This document shows positions 1 through 8,752 of a DNA stretch of 45,546 bases, piece after piece (the first letter of the stretch is position 1; every line of letters starts with the position of its first letter). The notes under the pieces are model-generated. The model worked only from the letters and a program-made list of their open reading frames with translations. It did no database searches and was not told the origin of the DNA. Location of the stretch: assembly GCA_043771805.1 (NCBI GenBank), contig JAYVGZ010000122.1, positions 1 to 45,546 on the forward strand. Direction: 5' to 3'. The DNA comes from Pseudomonadota bacterium (lineage in GTDB: Bacteria > Bdellovibrionota_C > UBA2361 > OMII01). The translations under genes and the position numbers were made by a program.

Positions 1-144
1 AGCTCGTTGTCGACGAAAGGTTCGCCTGACTGCAAAAGTTGTTCTCGTAACACCTTTGATTTGTGAACAAAAATATACCCGTGAACGGATACCGGATACG
101 GGCGTCGTCCAGAACTAAAAAATGTCCCTTGTAGGGAGACGGTT

Positions 145-2166
145 ATGATTGAATTTGGTCATTTTTCGATGTGCCTCGCGTGGTTGCTCGCTGTGGTCGG
201 TACAGTGATGGGAATCCTAGTGGGACTACCTCAATACAGTTCGCCGGCACGGACTGAGACCGTCCGCCGCATTTGCATACTAGTAGCCGTAGCGATAGGC
301 GCTTCGATAGTGTCTCTCGCGACCGCGTTCGTGAGCAACGACTACACCATCCAATATGTCTGGCAGTACTCTAATATCGACATGCCCTGGATCTACAAGA
401 TTACGGCCATTTGGGGCGGAATGGACGGCTCGATGTTGCTATGGTGCTTCTTAGTCTCCTGTTTTGTAGCAGCGCTATCGATTGCTTGTGTATCATACCC
501 GCGACGCTTAACACCTTGGCTCTTGGCCTTTGCTAACTCGTCCACGCTGTTCTTTCTTTCAATTACAGTTTTTCTTACAAATCCCTTTCGATACATCAAA
601 GCGGCCTTCATCCCACCTGACGGAAACGGATTAAATCCATTGTTGCAGAATGAATACATGGCAATCCATCCGCCACTCCTCTATTTGGGCTTCACCGGTT
701 TTGCGATCCCTTACGCCTTCTGTATGGCGGCCCTTTGCTCCGGGCAAACATCAAATGACTGGATACGCCTCACTCGAAGGTGGAGCCTGGTTGCGTGGAC
801 ATTTCTCACCGCGGGGATCGTTTTAGGTGGCCACTGGGCGTACCTCGAGCTGGGCTGGGGAGGGTTTTGGGCCTGGGATCCAGTAGAAAACGCTTCTTTT
901 CTCCCTTGGTTGACCGCTACTGCGTTTCTGCACTCGGTGATGGTTCAGGATCGAAAGGGAATGTTAAAGATATGGAATATTGCCCTGATTGTTTTGACCT
1001 ATGTCTTAACGGTTTTTGGAACTTTTCTAACTCGCTCGGGCGTAGTTCAGAGTGTCCATTCGTTTGCATCCACTGACATTGGCTGGGTTTTCTTGGCCTA
1101 CCTTGGGGTCGTCATTACTTTAGCCATCGGACTGGTAGTTTACAGGAGATCCGAACTCGCACCAGAGCGAGCGATCGAGAGCCTTTTCTCTCGCGAATCG
1201 GTATTTCTCCTGAACAATCTGGTGCTCCTCAGTATCTGTTTCTCAGTGCTATGGGGAGTTCTATTCCCAGTCTTCTCAGAAGCCTTCACCGGGGTGAAGC
1301 AAACAGTCGGAATTCCGTTCTTCAACGCGGTGAATGTTCCACTTTTCTTGGTGCTCATTTTTCTGATGGGTGTTGGCCCCAGTATCGCGTGGAAGCGCGC
1401 GTCGATTAGCCAGTTGAGGCGGCTCTTTCTGGTTCCGTTCACCGCAGCACTGGGGATAGCAATGCTACTTGTTTACGCCGGCATTACACAGTTTTACCCC
1501 GTCCTCTCTTACTCTCTGTGCTTCTTTGCACTGATGACACTAATTTCTGAGGTGAATCGCGGATTGCGGGCTCAAAGTGCGGTAACAACAGAGGCGCAAT
1601 GGGGTCCTACAAATGCGATTGCACTCATCCGCCGCCACCGCGTCAAATACGGCGCCCACATTATCCATTTCGGAGTGCTTATGATGACGGTGGCCATCAC
1701 TGCATCTATGGCCCACAAGATAGAGAAGGAGTTTACTCTGGCGCCGGGCGCTAGTTACACCGTAGGGCGATTCTCTATTCAGCTTGATGAGTTTCATGAA
1801 GAGGTGAATAAGAACTACGAGGCCGTTCAGGCCCACGCCACAGTCCGTACGCTTCGTGATAATCAAGTGGTTGCGACCCTGGCGCCAGAGCTCAGGTACT
1901 ATCAGAAGAATCAAACCACGACGACCGAAGTGGCTCTTCACATGGGGCAGCGAGAGGACCTTTATCTTGTCCTTGCCGGTGTTGATGAATCTGGAACCAA
2001 GGCATCGATGAAGATTTACATTAATCCGCTTCAGGTCTGGTTATGGTACGGGGCTATGATAATGGTCTTCGGGGGATTCGTAGTTGCAATCCCTCAATCG
2101 CGTGGTGTGGCGCGCGGTGCGGCAAAGCAAGTGATTGACAAGAGGGCGGTAGCGCAGCTTACATGA
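145..2166 (+). CDS. ccmF: cytochrome c maturation heme lyase CcmF (System I)
   Basis: 673-aa polytopic membrane ORF with the Trp-rich WWD motif WGGFWAWDPVENASFLPWL. It heads a string of ccm genes, and a gggaga RBS lies just upstream of the ATG. Confidence 0.9.
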   Translation: MIEFGHFSMCLAWLLAVVGTVMGILVGLPQYSSPARTETVRRICILVAVAIGASIVSLATAFVSNDYTIQYVWQYSNIDMPWIYKITAIWGGMDGSMLLWCFLVSCFVAALSIACVSYPRRLTPWLLAFANSSTLFFLSITVFLTNPFRYIKAAFIPPDGNGLNPLLQNEYMAIHPPLLYLGFTGFAIPYAFCMAALCSGQTSNDWIRLTRRWSLVAWTFLTAGIVLGGHWAYLELGWGGFWAWDPVENASFLPWLTATAFLHSVMVQDRKGMLKIWNIALIVLTYVLTVFGTFLTRSGVVQSVHSFASTDIGWVFLAYLGVVITLAIGLVVYRRSELAPERAIESLFSRESVFLLNNLVLLSICFSVLWGVLFPVFSEAFTGVKQTVGIPFFNAVNVPLFLVLIFLMGVGPSIAWKRASISQLRRLFLVPFTAALGIAMLLVYAGITQFYPVLSYSLCFFALMTLISEVNRGLRAQSAVTTEAQWGPTNAIALIRRHRVKYGAHIIHFGVLMMTVAITASMAHKIEKEFTLAPGASYTVGRFSIQLDEFHEEVNKNYEAVQAHATVRTLRDNQVVATLAPELRYYQKNQTTTTEVALHMGQREDLYLVLAGVDESGTKASMKIYINPLQVWLWYGAMIMVFGGFVVAIPQSRGVARGAAKQVIDKRAVAQLT

Positions 2167-2456
2167 TCAATATGTGGATAGTCGCAGCAGCTCTCTTAAC
2201 ACTTGCCATCGTTCTTTTCGCGGGCCTTCCGCTCCTCGCACCCGGCAGTTTAGCGGTCGCGGCCGGTGGCGCTGCCGATAATCGAGAGAACATTCTCTTT
2301 GATTCCAAAGAACGCGGTTTACGCGCTCTGAAAGATCTCGATTTAGACTACGCGATGGGCAAGTTATCTAAAGATGACTACGAGCAGTCAAGGGAGAGCC
2401 TAACGCGAGATGTGGCCGCAATTCTCACAGAGTTGAAGGGTCATGGACAGCCGTAG
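2163..2456 (+). CDS. small single-pass membrane protein inside the ccm operon (possibly a CcmI/CycH-like N-terminal module)
   Basis: 97-aa ORF whose start overlaps the ccmF stop (ATGA). It has one N-terminal TM helix followed by a charged helical tail. No CxxC or LRCxxC motif, so it is not CcmG or CcmH. Confidence 0.45.
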   Translation: MINMWIVAAALLTLAIVLFAGLPLLAPGSLAVAAGGAADNRENILFDSKERGLRALKDLDLDYAMGKLSKDDYEQSRESLTRDVAAILTELKGHGQP

Positions 2457-3144
2457 CGTCGCTATCGAGGCGCGTGGGGTGTCAAAGTTCTTCGGTTTAC
2501 TCCAGGTATTACGGGGTGTTTCGGTAAGTACCGCTGCGGGAGAGAGCATCCTCTTGCTGGGATCAAACGGAGCCGGCAAGTCAACTTTGCTGCGATTGTT
2601 AGCTGGTCTCTCAGCTCCTAATAAGGGCGAGATAATTAAATCCGAATCTGCCTCTATCGGGTTTGCAGCACATTATCCATTGCTTTACATGAAGCTAAGT
2701 GTGGCCGAAAACTTACGGCTATTTTCCCAACTCGCGCCGACTCTTGACTCAGCTAATGATCGTTGCTCAGCGTTGCTCACTACCTGGGGGTTAGAGAAAT
2801 ATAGAGATAAATCCATTTGCGATCTCTCAAAGGGAAATCAAGCAAGAGCAGCGCTCGCACGGACATTTCTTGGGAGCCCTTCTATTATTTTGCTCGATGA
2901 GCCCACCTCGCACCTTGACGATCAAGGGGTGGAGGTGCTGATGAAGGAACTATCAGCCGCGTTGGCCAGAACTCACAATAAGCCGTTAGTCCTCATTGCG
3001 ACTCACGATATCCATCGCGTTCGGGCCGTAGCGAATCGAATCGTCATCCTTAATAGAGGGCAGATATCGAGCGACTCGGGTGTAAATGCACCATTGGCGC
3101 GTCAAGAGCAGCTCATTGAAGCCTACCGTTTGGGAAATCGATGA
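2443..3144 (+). CDS. ccmA: heme exporter ABC ATP-binding protein CcmA
   Basis: Walker A GSNGAGKST, signature-like LSKGNQ, Walker B IILLDEPTSHLD. Located directly upstream of ccmB and ccmC. Confidence 0.85.
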   Translation: MDSRSVAIEARGVSKFFGLLQVLRGVSVSTAAGESILLLGSNGAGKSTLLRLLAGLSAPNKGEIIKSESASIGFAAHYPLLYMKLSVAENLRLFSQLAPTLDSANDRCSALLTTWGLEKYRDKSICDLSKGNQARAALARTFLGSPSIILLDEPTSHLDDQGVEVLMKELSAALARTHNKPLVLIATHDIHRVRAVANRIVILNRGQISSDSGVNAPLARQEQLIEAYRLGNR

Positions 3145-3830
3145 GTACTTTAGGTCGAACCTTCGTAGTGCTTGTGGGGAAGGAGTGGCGCCTCGAGTGT
3201 CGAAGCCGTGACCTCGTAACCCTCTTGCTGTGCAATGGTATCATGATGGCCGCGCTTATCGGTGCTGGCGTGAGCTCTTCAATTCTAGAGGATCGAGTCG
3301 TGCAGCGCCTCTTTCCAATGTTGCTGTGGTTAGCATTCCTCTTTTCAACAGTGGCATCTCTGACTCGCTCGCATGAAAATGAGCTCGAAGGGCATGGTTT
3401 TGAGGGACTCCTTTTGAGTGGCGTCGATGGAAGCGTAATGTATGCGGCGAAAGTTGTTGTTCTAACAATCTTGCTGAGCCTTAGCTTTGTAGCAACCGCA
3501 GGAGCGTTGGGCGTCGCCCTCAATAGAGAGTTATTCGATATCTTTCCCCATCTGCTTGTGATTGGGGCACTGACATCGGTGGGAATTGCTAGTTTAACGG
3601 TGCTTCTTTCCGCGGTGGCAAGTACCTCTAGGATGAAGGGTGTGCTGTTGCCTATCCTTACTTTCCCCCTTCTTTTCCCGTACTTCTTCGCCGGATTAGA
3701 GCTTACGTCAACCCTTTTTGAGGTTCGCAGACTAGACCTCTCTTCGATCTGGATTTCTCTATTGGTAGGGGCTGACGTCGTTTTCTTCTTATTGGGGCTG
3801 AATCTGTACGAACTCGTTTTGCGCGACTAG
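3141..3830 (+). CDS. ccmB: heme exporter membrane protein CcmB
   Basis: 229-aa ORF with about 6 TM helices and an ATGA overlap with ccmA. The segment SLTRSHENELEGHGFEGLLLSG aligns by eye with the E. coli CcmB ALERLFRDDLQDGSLEQLML region. Confidence 0.85.
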   Translation: MSTLGRTFVVLVGKEWRLECRSRDLVTLLLCNGIMMAALIGAGVSSSILEDRVVQRLFPMLLWLAFLFSTVASLTRSHENELEGHGFEGLLLSGVDGSVMYAAKVVVLTILLSLSFVATAGALGVALNRELFDIFPHLLVIGALTSVGIASLTVLLSAVASTSRMKGVLLPILTFPLLFPYFFAGLELTSTLFEVRRLDLSSIWISLLVGADVVFFLLGLNLYELVLRD

Positions 3831-3892
3831 GCTAGGGTAGTTCGCAGCCTCCTTACTGTACCTCTGCTCGACCGGCTGCTATAAAGTAGGCC

Positions 3893-4588
3893 ATGGGAAA
3901 GCACGCAAATACCCTCAAATCTCTAGTTGTCGCTACTGTAGTTCTAGTGGCGCTCTCCCATCTCTACATTTTCATGCTCGTACCTAATGAGCGAGTGATG
4001 GGTGCTGTCCAACGCATTTTTTATTTTCATGTTGCGAGCGCTTTCGCCTGCTACGGCGCCTTCGGCGTGGTTCTGGTTGCAAGTCTGATGTTTCTTGTCA
4101 CTAATCGCTGGAGATCTGATATTCTCAGTGAGGCCGCGGGTGAAGTCGGTTTCGTGTTGTGCTCTATAGTGCTCGCCTCTGGGATGATCTGGGGCCACTC
4201 GGCCTGGAATACCTGGTTTCGGTGGGAAGAGCCTCGCCTTGTTACCTTCTTGGTACTGTGGCTCATTTTTCTTTCCTTTACGGTTCTCCGAAATTTCGGC
4301 GATCCAACGCGGATCGCGGTGCACTCGGCGATCTTGGGTATCCTAGGCGCGGCATCCGTTCCCCTTGTATCATTGTCGATCAACTTTCTCAGTGCGCGTG
4401 AGCAGCTTCACCCGAAAGTTATTGAGCATGGGGGACTTAAAGATCCGAGCTACTGGCAGGCTTTCGGTATCTCGACAGTTACTCTCTTGGCGCTCGCTGC
4501 GCTTCTGATCCATCTTCGCTACCGCATCGGATGCGCAGAGTACCTTAACAGAATGAGAATTATGGAGAATGACTCGAATGACACCTGA
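3893..4588 (+). CDS. ccmC: heme exporter protein CcmC
   Basis: 231-aa polytopic ORF with the Trp-rich motif WGHSAWNTWFRWEEPRLV. Sits between ccmB and ccmD. Confidence 0.85.
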   Translation: MGKHANTLKSLVVATVVLVALSHLYIFMLVPNERVMGAVQRIFYFHVASAFACYGAFGVVLVASLMFLVTNRWRSDILSEAAGEVGFVLCSIVLASGMIWGHSAWNTWFRWEEPRLVTFLVLWLIFLSFTVLRNFGDPTRIAVHSAILGILGAASVPLVSLSINFLSAREQLHPKVIEHGGLKDPSYWQAFGISTVTLLALAALLIHLRYRIGCAEYLNRMRIMENDSNDT

Positions 4589-4727
4589 CTTGGTACCCGA
4601 TACTTTTCCATCTCTATTTTGGTCGTACACGATAACGTGGGTTATTCTAGCTGCATACGTATGGTCACTCGGTGCTCGTATAGCTCGCATAGAGCGGAAG
4701 CTTCCTGATGATAAGGAGCAACAGTGA
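4578..4727 (+). CDS. ccmD: heme exporter protein CcmD (small ORF below the ORF-track cutoff)
   Basis: My own translation gives MTPDLVPDTFPSLFWSYTITWVILAAYVWSLGARIARIERKLPDDKEQQ: one TM helix followed by a basic tail. It overlaps the ccmC stop by 11 nt and the engB GTG start by 4 nt, which is the canonical position after ccmC. Confidence 0.6.
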   Translation: MTPDLVPDTFPSLFWSYTITWVILAAYVWSLGARIARIERKLPDDKEQQ

Positions 4728-5338
4728 GGACCCGCAAAAGTCAGCTCGAAATTAAAGAGGCAGAGTTTCTTTTTGGCGCGCCGTCAGCTGAAAATATAAG
4801 GAAGCAAAGCTTCCCAGAAATAGCTGTGATCGGTCGGTCGAATGTTGGCAAGTCATCATTCGTCAACCGGCTTGTGAACGGCAAGGTGGCTAAAGTCAGC
4901 GCAACTCCGGGGTGTACTCGGCAGATAAACTTCTTCCGCGTTAGAGGCGAATTAGTAGGAGTAAAATTTCAGGTCTCGCTCGTAGATCTCCCTGGATTCG
5001 GCTTCGCAAAGCTTTCAAAATCTGAGCGAGAGCAGATCGGGCGATCCGCTATCTCGTACCTCCGCGATCGGGAACAACTTCGTGCTGTCCTCCTGCTTAA
5101 CGATTGCAGACGGGAGCCTCAACGTGATGAGTTGGCGATACAAGACACGTGTGGTCGTGCTGGGGTTAGCTGCCTAGTGGTGCTCACCAAGATGGACACT
5201 CTTAAGCAGAACGAGAAGGCAAAAGCTACGGCAAAAGTGGCTAAGGCCTACCGTCTTGAACCTGGAGATGTCCTCCATGCAGGAGAGGATCTCTTGGTTG
5301 ATCCGGTCTGGGAACGAATTTTGACCGTAATCGAATAA
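4724..5338 (+). CDS. engB: ribosome-biogenesis GTPase EngB/YihA/YsxC
   Basis: G1 GRSNVGKSS, G3 DLPGFG, G4 TKMD, with typical length and N-terminal layout. Starts with GTG. Confidence 0.9.
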   Translation: MRTRKSQLEIKEAEFLFGAPSAENIRKQSFPEIAVIGRSNVGKSSFVNRLVNGKVAKVSATPGCTRQINFFRVRGELVGVKFQVSLVDLPGFGFAKLSKSEREQIGRSAISYLRDREQLRAVLLLNDCRREPQRDELAIQDTCGRAGVSCLVVLTKMDTLKQNEKAKATAKVAKAYRLEPGDVLHAGEDLLVDPVWERILTVIE

Positions 5339-5366
5339 AGATTCGAGTGCACTCATCGAGGAGCTT

Positions 5367-5993
5367 ATGTTTACCGGAATAGTCCAGGGGCTGGCGTCGG
5401 TCTCCTCCGTTTTGCAAAAGTCGGAAGTTATCTCCCTTGGTATCTCTTTTCCGGTGGGTGCGCTTATGAGTGTTCAGCTTGGCGCCAGTATCGCGATCAA
5501 TGGATGCTGTCTCACAGTTGTTTCTGCAGAGGGTGACGAAGCCCTCTTTGATGTTGTGCAGGAAACAGCCATCCGCACTAACCTCGGTTCTCTGCAAAAG
5601 GGTGAACGGATTAATTTTGAACGATCGCTGAATTATGGGGATGAAGTAGGGGGCCACCTGGTGTCTGGCCATATTGACACGACGGGTCGGATCTCGAGGG
5701 TGGACCTCTTCGATCTGAGCCGAGACCTCACAATCACGGTGGAACCATCCTGGACCAGATTTATTTTTGCCAAGGGATACGTGGCACTCAATGGTGCAAG
5801 TCTGACCGTTGTATCAGTTGATAGGAAAGCAGGTCAAATCACTGTTTCATTGATCCCTGAGACGATTAAGCGAACAACGTTTGGAGGGTGCGCTGTGGGT
5901 TCTCTTATTAATATTGAAGTTGATAGGGCAACTCAAGCAGTTGTTAATACAGTGGAGCGAATTTTGGAGGACGGGGTAACCGACCCAAAATAG
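5367..5993 (+). CDS. ribE: riboflavin synthase alpha chain
   Basis: Hallmark N-terminus MFTGIVQG, a 208-aa two-repeat lumazine-binding architecture, and GGHLVSGHID in the second half. Confidence 0.9.
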   Translation: MFTGIVQGLASVSSVLQKSEVISLGISFPVGALMSVQLGASIAINGCCLTVVSAEGDEALFDVVQETAIRTNLGSLQKGERINFERSLNYGDEVGGHLVSGHIDTTGRISRVDLFDLSRDLTITVEPSWTRFIFAKGYVALNGASLTVVSVDRKAGQITVSLIPETIKRTTFGGCAVGSLINIEVDRATQAVVNTVERILEDGVTDPK

Positions 5994-6211
5994 CTTTTGA
6001 ACTTTATACGAATAAGGATCTACACTGAGACGTCCAGTTCGTTGTTAGAATGTCCGACATCCTAAGTTTCTAGTTTGTACTCTCTTCTTACTTGATTTTT
6101 TGAAAGGAGAAGTCGAGTTAGTTTGCGGGGTATTTTGGGGTACGTAGTATCCCATGATAGCTCGCTTCGACGGATGTGAGATGTTTAGTGTTACTCAATA
6201 TGAAAGGTACT

Positions 6212-6421
6212 ATGACAAAAAATAATGTTCTTTCCTCTTTCTCAGCTCTTTTACTTGGTGCAATTTTCAGCGTTGGTCTGATTGCAGCTCCTTCTATCGC
6301 TTTCGCTGGCGACCATAAGTGCAGCGGCGAAAAGAAGTGCAGCGGCGAGCACAAGTGCAGTGGTGAGAAGAAGTGCAGTGGTGAGAAAGATCATCATGAC
6401 AAAGATCACCACGACAAGTAA
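6212..6421 (+). CDS. secreted Cys/His-repeat peptide (putative metal-binding peptide or RiPP-like precursor)
   Basis: A gaaagg RBS precedes the ATG at 6212. Signal peptide MTKNNVLSSFSALLLGAIFSVGLIAAPSIAFA with an AXA cleavage site. The mature 37-mer is GD(HKCSGE)(KKCSGE)(HKCSGE)(KKCSGE)KDHHDKDHHDK. The ORF track starts it at 6176. Confidence 0.7.
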   Translation: MTKNNVLSSFSALLLGAIFSVGLIAAPSIAFAGDHKCSGEKKCSGEHKCSGEKKCSGEKDHHDKDHHDK

Positions 6422-6441
6422 TCAGCCTAGCTGATTCAAAA

Positions 6442-6507
6442 GCCGCTCTACCTCGATACCAGGCAGTCCCTTTAGACTCTCAGGAACTTAGGTAGGGCGG
6501 TTTTTTA
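6442..6507. terminator. candidate bidirectional terminator hairpin between convergent genes
   Basis: gccgctctacc (6442-6452) pairs with ggtagggcgg (6491-6500) with one wobble, followed by tttttt. The loop is long (about 38 nt), so this is not a textbook intrinsic terminator. Confidence 0.35.
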
Positions 6508-6514
6508 TTCGCAG

Positions 6515-6901
6515 CTACGTTTCATCAAAGACTGCAATAGGTCGATTTGAACTGTCGACAGCGACCATCACCACCTCAGCCGATGTCACCCGGTGAGTCT
6601 GAATTGCATCTACACCTCGTTGGGCATCCACTTCTACACGGATGGAAATGGATGATTTCCCCACCTTTATCGTATCGCAATAGAAGCTGACCGCGTCACC
6701 AACATAGACCGGAGAAATAAACTCTACCTCACGCATGACTTTTGTAACGTACTTGCGCGGTGCAACCGAGCGGGCATGTTGGCCGGCAGCCAAATCGATG
6801 AGGCTTAAAATATGGCCTCCGAAGATGCTTCCGAGTGCGTTAGTATCACGTGGCATCATGATTGACCTGATTGCTGGATTTCTGGGGCATGCTTCGGTCA
6901 T
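6515..6901 (-). CDS. acyl-CoA thioesterase, hotdog fold (YciA-like)
   Basis: MMPRDTNALGSIFGGHILSLIDLAAG is typical of YciA-type thioesterases. I placed the start at the internal MTEACP Met, because the longer track ORF (to 6970) would overlap the divergent gene. Confidence 0.8.
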   Translation of the reverse strand: MTEACPRNPAIRSIMMPRDTNALGSIFGGHILSLIDLAAGQHARSVAPRKYVTKVMREVEFISPVYVGDAVSFYCDTIKVGKSSISIRVEVDAQRGVDAIQTHRVTSAEVVMVAVDSSNRPIAVFDET

Positions 6902-6925
6902 AGAGGGCTCCGTAAAAGTGAGAAT

Positions 6926-8752
6926 GTGAGCGGGAAAGAAGTAACACAATTTGAAGATAGTAGCAGCCATTCACTCGGTAGCACGCTTCCGTGGTTAGTG
7001 TTGCTTGCGGGGGCCACCCTGGCGGTCCTTCTGCCCATTGGGTGGTTGGTTGGCACCGGTCGGGTATTTACTGCTTTCTTTTTAGTCCACGGTGTTGTGT
7101 TCCTCTCAGCAGTAGTTTTTAGCCTACTCCTAACTGCTCGACTTACTAAAAGCTCTCGGATTTTAACTGGATTTAGCAGCTTCTTTTTTCTGGTGGTGTT
7201 GGTTCAGTGTGCGAGGCTTGCAACGCTTCCGATCACAGCGACTGATGCTCTCGTGCACCACCTAGCAGTCCCGAAGTGGTGGTGGAAGGCCGGTTTTATT
7301 CACGAAATTTCCTGGCACGAATGGTCCTACTATCCAATGCTCCTCAATCTTGGATATTTAGGCATGCTGCAAATGGGCTTTACTTCGTATGCAGCATTCT
7401 ATCATTTGGGATACTTCGTGATTTTGATCGGGCTCGTAGCTCTCTGTGCGCGTTCTCTGTCGGATGATCATCGAGTGACCCTCCTCTCTGCCGTGCTCTT
7501 AATTTCATTGCCCGTATTTCTGAGGTTGGCCACTGTACCGCTTGTAGATCTCGGGTTAGCGGTGTTTTCTCTTCTTGCTGTTTTTTTCTTGGCACGGGCC
7601 ATTTCTTACCGGCATGTCGTGTCACCTCGGGCTCGGGTTTGGAACTTTCTCGCGGCCGGCGCCGCCCTTGGTTTCGCCGCGAGCACTAAGTTAAACGGAG
7701 GGCTTTACGCGGCCCTCTTTCTTGCTGCGATCGCTCTATCGATTGGGCAGAAACGCATTCAGCTTAGACACGGAATCATACTCGCTTTGGCGGCACTTCT
7801 GGTCTACGTCCCTTGGCTTGTGCGGAATGCCTGCTGGACTGGAAATCCGCTCTACCCCCTTTTCAAATCCTCACTAGGGGGCCCTCAACTTCTTCTCCCG
7901 GGCGCCCCAGTAGGGCTACCACCTCTTCTCCATCGAATGACCGTTTATGGTGAGAGTATGGTCGAGGTTTTACTTCTACCAGTTCGCATTTTCTTAGGAG
8001 GGCACGATAACGACCCGAGACAGTTTGACGGATCGCTTACCCCGCTTCTGCTGCTTGGTCTCATGACAGTTGCAATTCAGCGCGAGTGGTTCGGAAAGGT
8101 ATTCGTTGGGGGGCTCTCCATCGTTTACATTTGTGTTGCGGTCGTCGTTTCCTCGGCGCGAGTGAGATATCTTGCTCCCGTCGTGCCAAGCCTCTGTGTT
8201 TTCGCGGGCTGTGGTTGGAACGCTTTCGGTCTACGCTTTGGCGCGCGCCTTCGACAGGGTTCCCTGGCCGTGGCCGTGCTTGTATCTCTTGTAACGGCGG
8301 GCAACTATCTCTTCTTTACCCTACCAACCGAATCGGGGCGCGCCTTCTTCGCGGGAAAGCTTTCGCGTGCGAGCTACCTAGCCTTTGAAATACCTGAATA
8401 CGAACTAATCGCGTACGTTAACGAGAAGCTGCCGAAGAACTCGCGACTGTATCTTCTCAATACGAGCAATCCGTTCTTTTACTTCGATCGCGAGGTTATC
8501 TCGCGCGGCTACTACTCGGCCAATGAATTGGTGTCTTGGCTCCGGGCGGGGAAGACACCTCAGGAAATTCAGGCAGCTTTCCATGAGCTGCAGGTCACAC
8601 ACCTCTTCGTCCATTCCAGGCGCCTTCAGGATATTCTTGTGGCGACTTTGACTGCCGATCAGCTTGCGACGTGGAATGAATTCTCCAAGACCTATCTGAG
8701 CGGGGTCGTCACCTCCGGTGATTTTTCATTGTGGCGGGTCGTGTCGCCATGA
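6926..8752 (+). CDS. polytopic GT-C-fold membrane glycosyltransferase candidate (ArnT/PMT_2-like)
   Basis: 608 aa with about 12 TM helices. An Asp-containing first periplasmic loop (TATDALVHHLAVPKWW) and a soluble C-terminal domain. Translationally coupled (ATGA) to a GT4 enzyme. Confidence 0.5.
   Translation: MSGKEVTQFEDSSSHSLGSTLPWLVLLAGATLAVLLPIGWLVGTGRVFTAFFLVHGVVFLSAVVFSLLLTARLTKSSRILTGFSSFFFLVVLVQCARLATLPITATDALVHHLAVPKWWWKAGFIHEISWHEWSYYPMLLNLGYLGMLQMGFTSYAAFYHLGYFVILIGLVALCARSLSDDHRVTLLSAVLLISLPVFLRLATVPLVDLGLAVFSLLAVFFLARAISYRHVVSPRARVWNFLAAGAALGFAASTKLNGGLYAALFLAAIALSIGQKRIQLRHGIILALAALLVYVPWLVRNACWTGNPLYPLFKSSLGGPQLLLPGAPVGLPPLLHRMTVYGESMVEVLLLPVRIFLGGHDNDPRQFDGSLTPLLLLGLMTVAIQREWFGKVFVGGLSIVYICVAVVVSSARVRYLAPVVPSLCVFAGCGWNAFGLRFGARLRQGSLAVAVLVSLVTAGNYLFFTLPTESGRAFFAGKLSRASYLAFEIPEYELIAYVNEKLPKNSRLYLLNTSNPFFYFDREVISRGYYSANELVSWLRAGKTPQEIQAAFHELQVTHLFVHSRRLQDILVATLTADQLATWNEFSKTYLSGVVTSGDFSLWRVVSP

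Noticed and set aside
6314-6418. Short nucleotide repeats (18-nt x4, 15-nt x2) as a CRISPR or non-coding tandem array.
   Set aside because: They are contiguous with no spacers, in frame, preceded by a signal peptide and RBS, and differ at synonymous positions. This is a coding peptide repeat.
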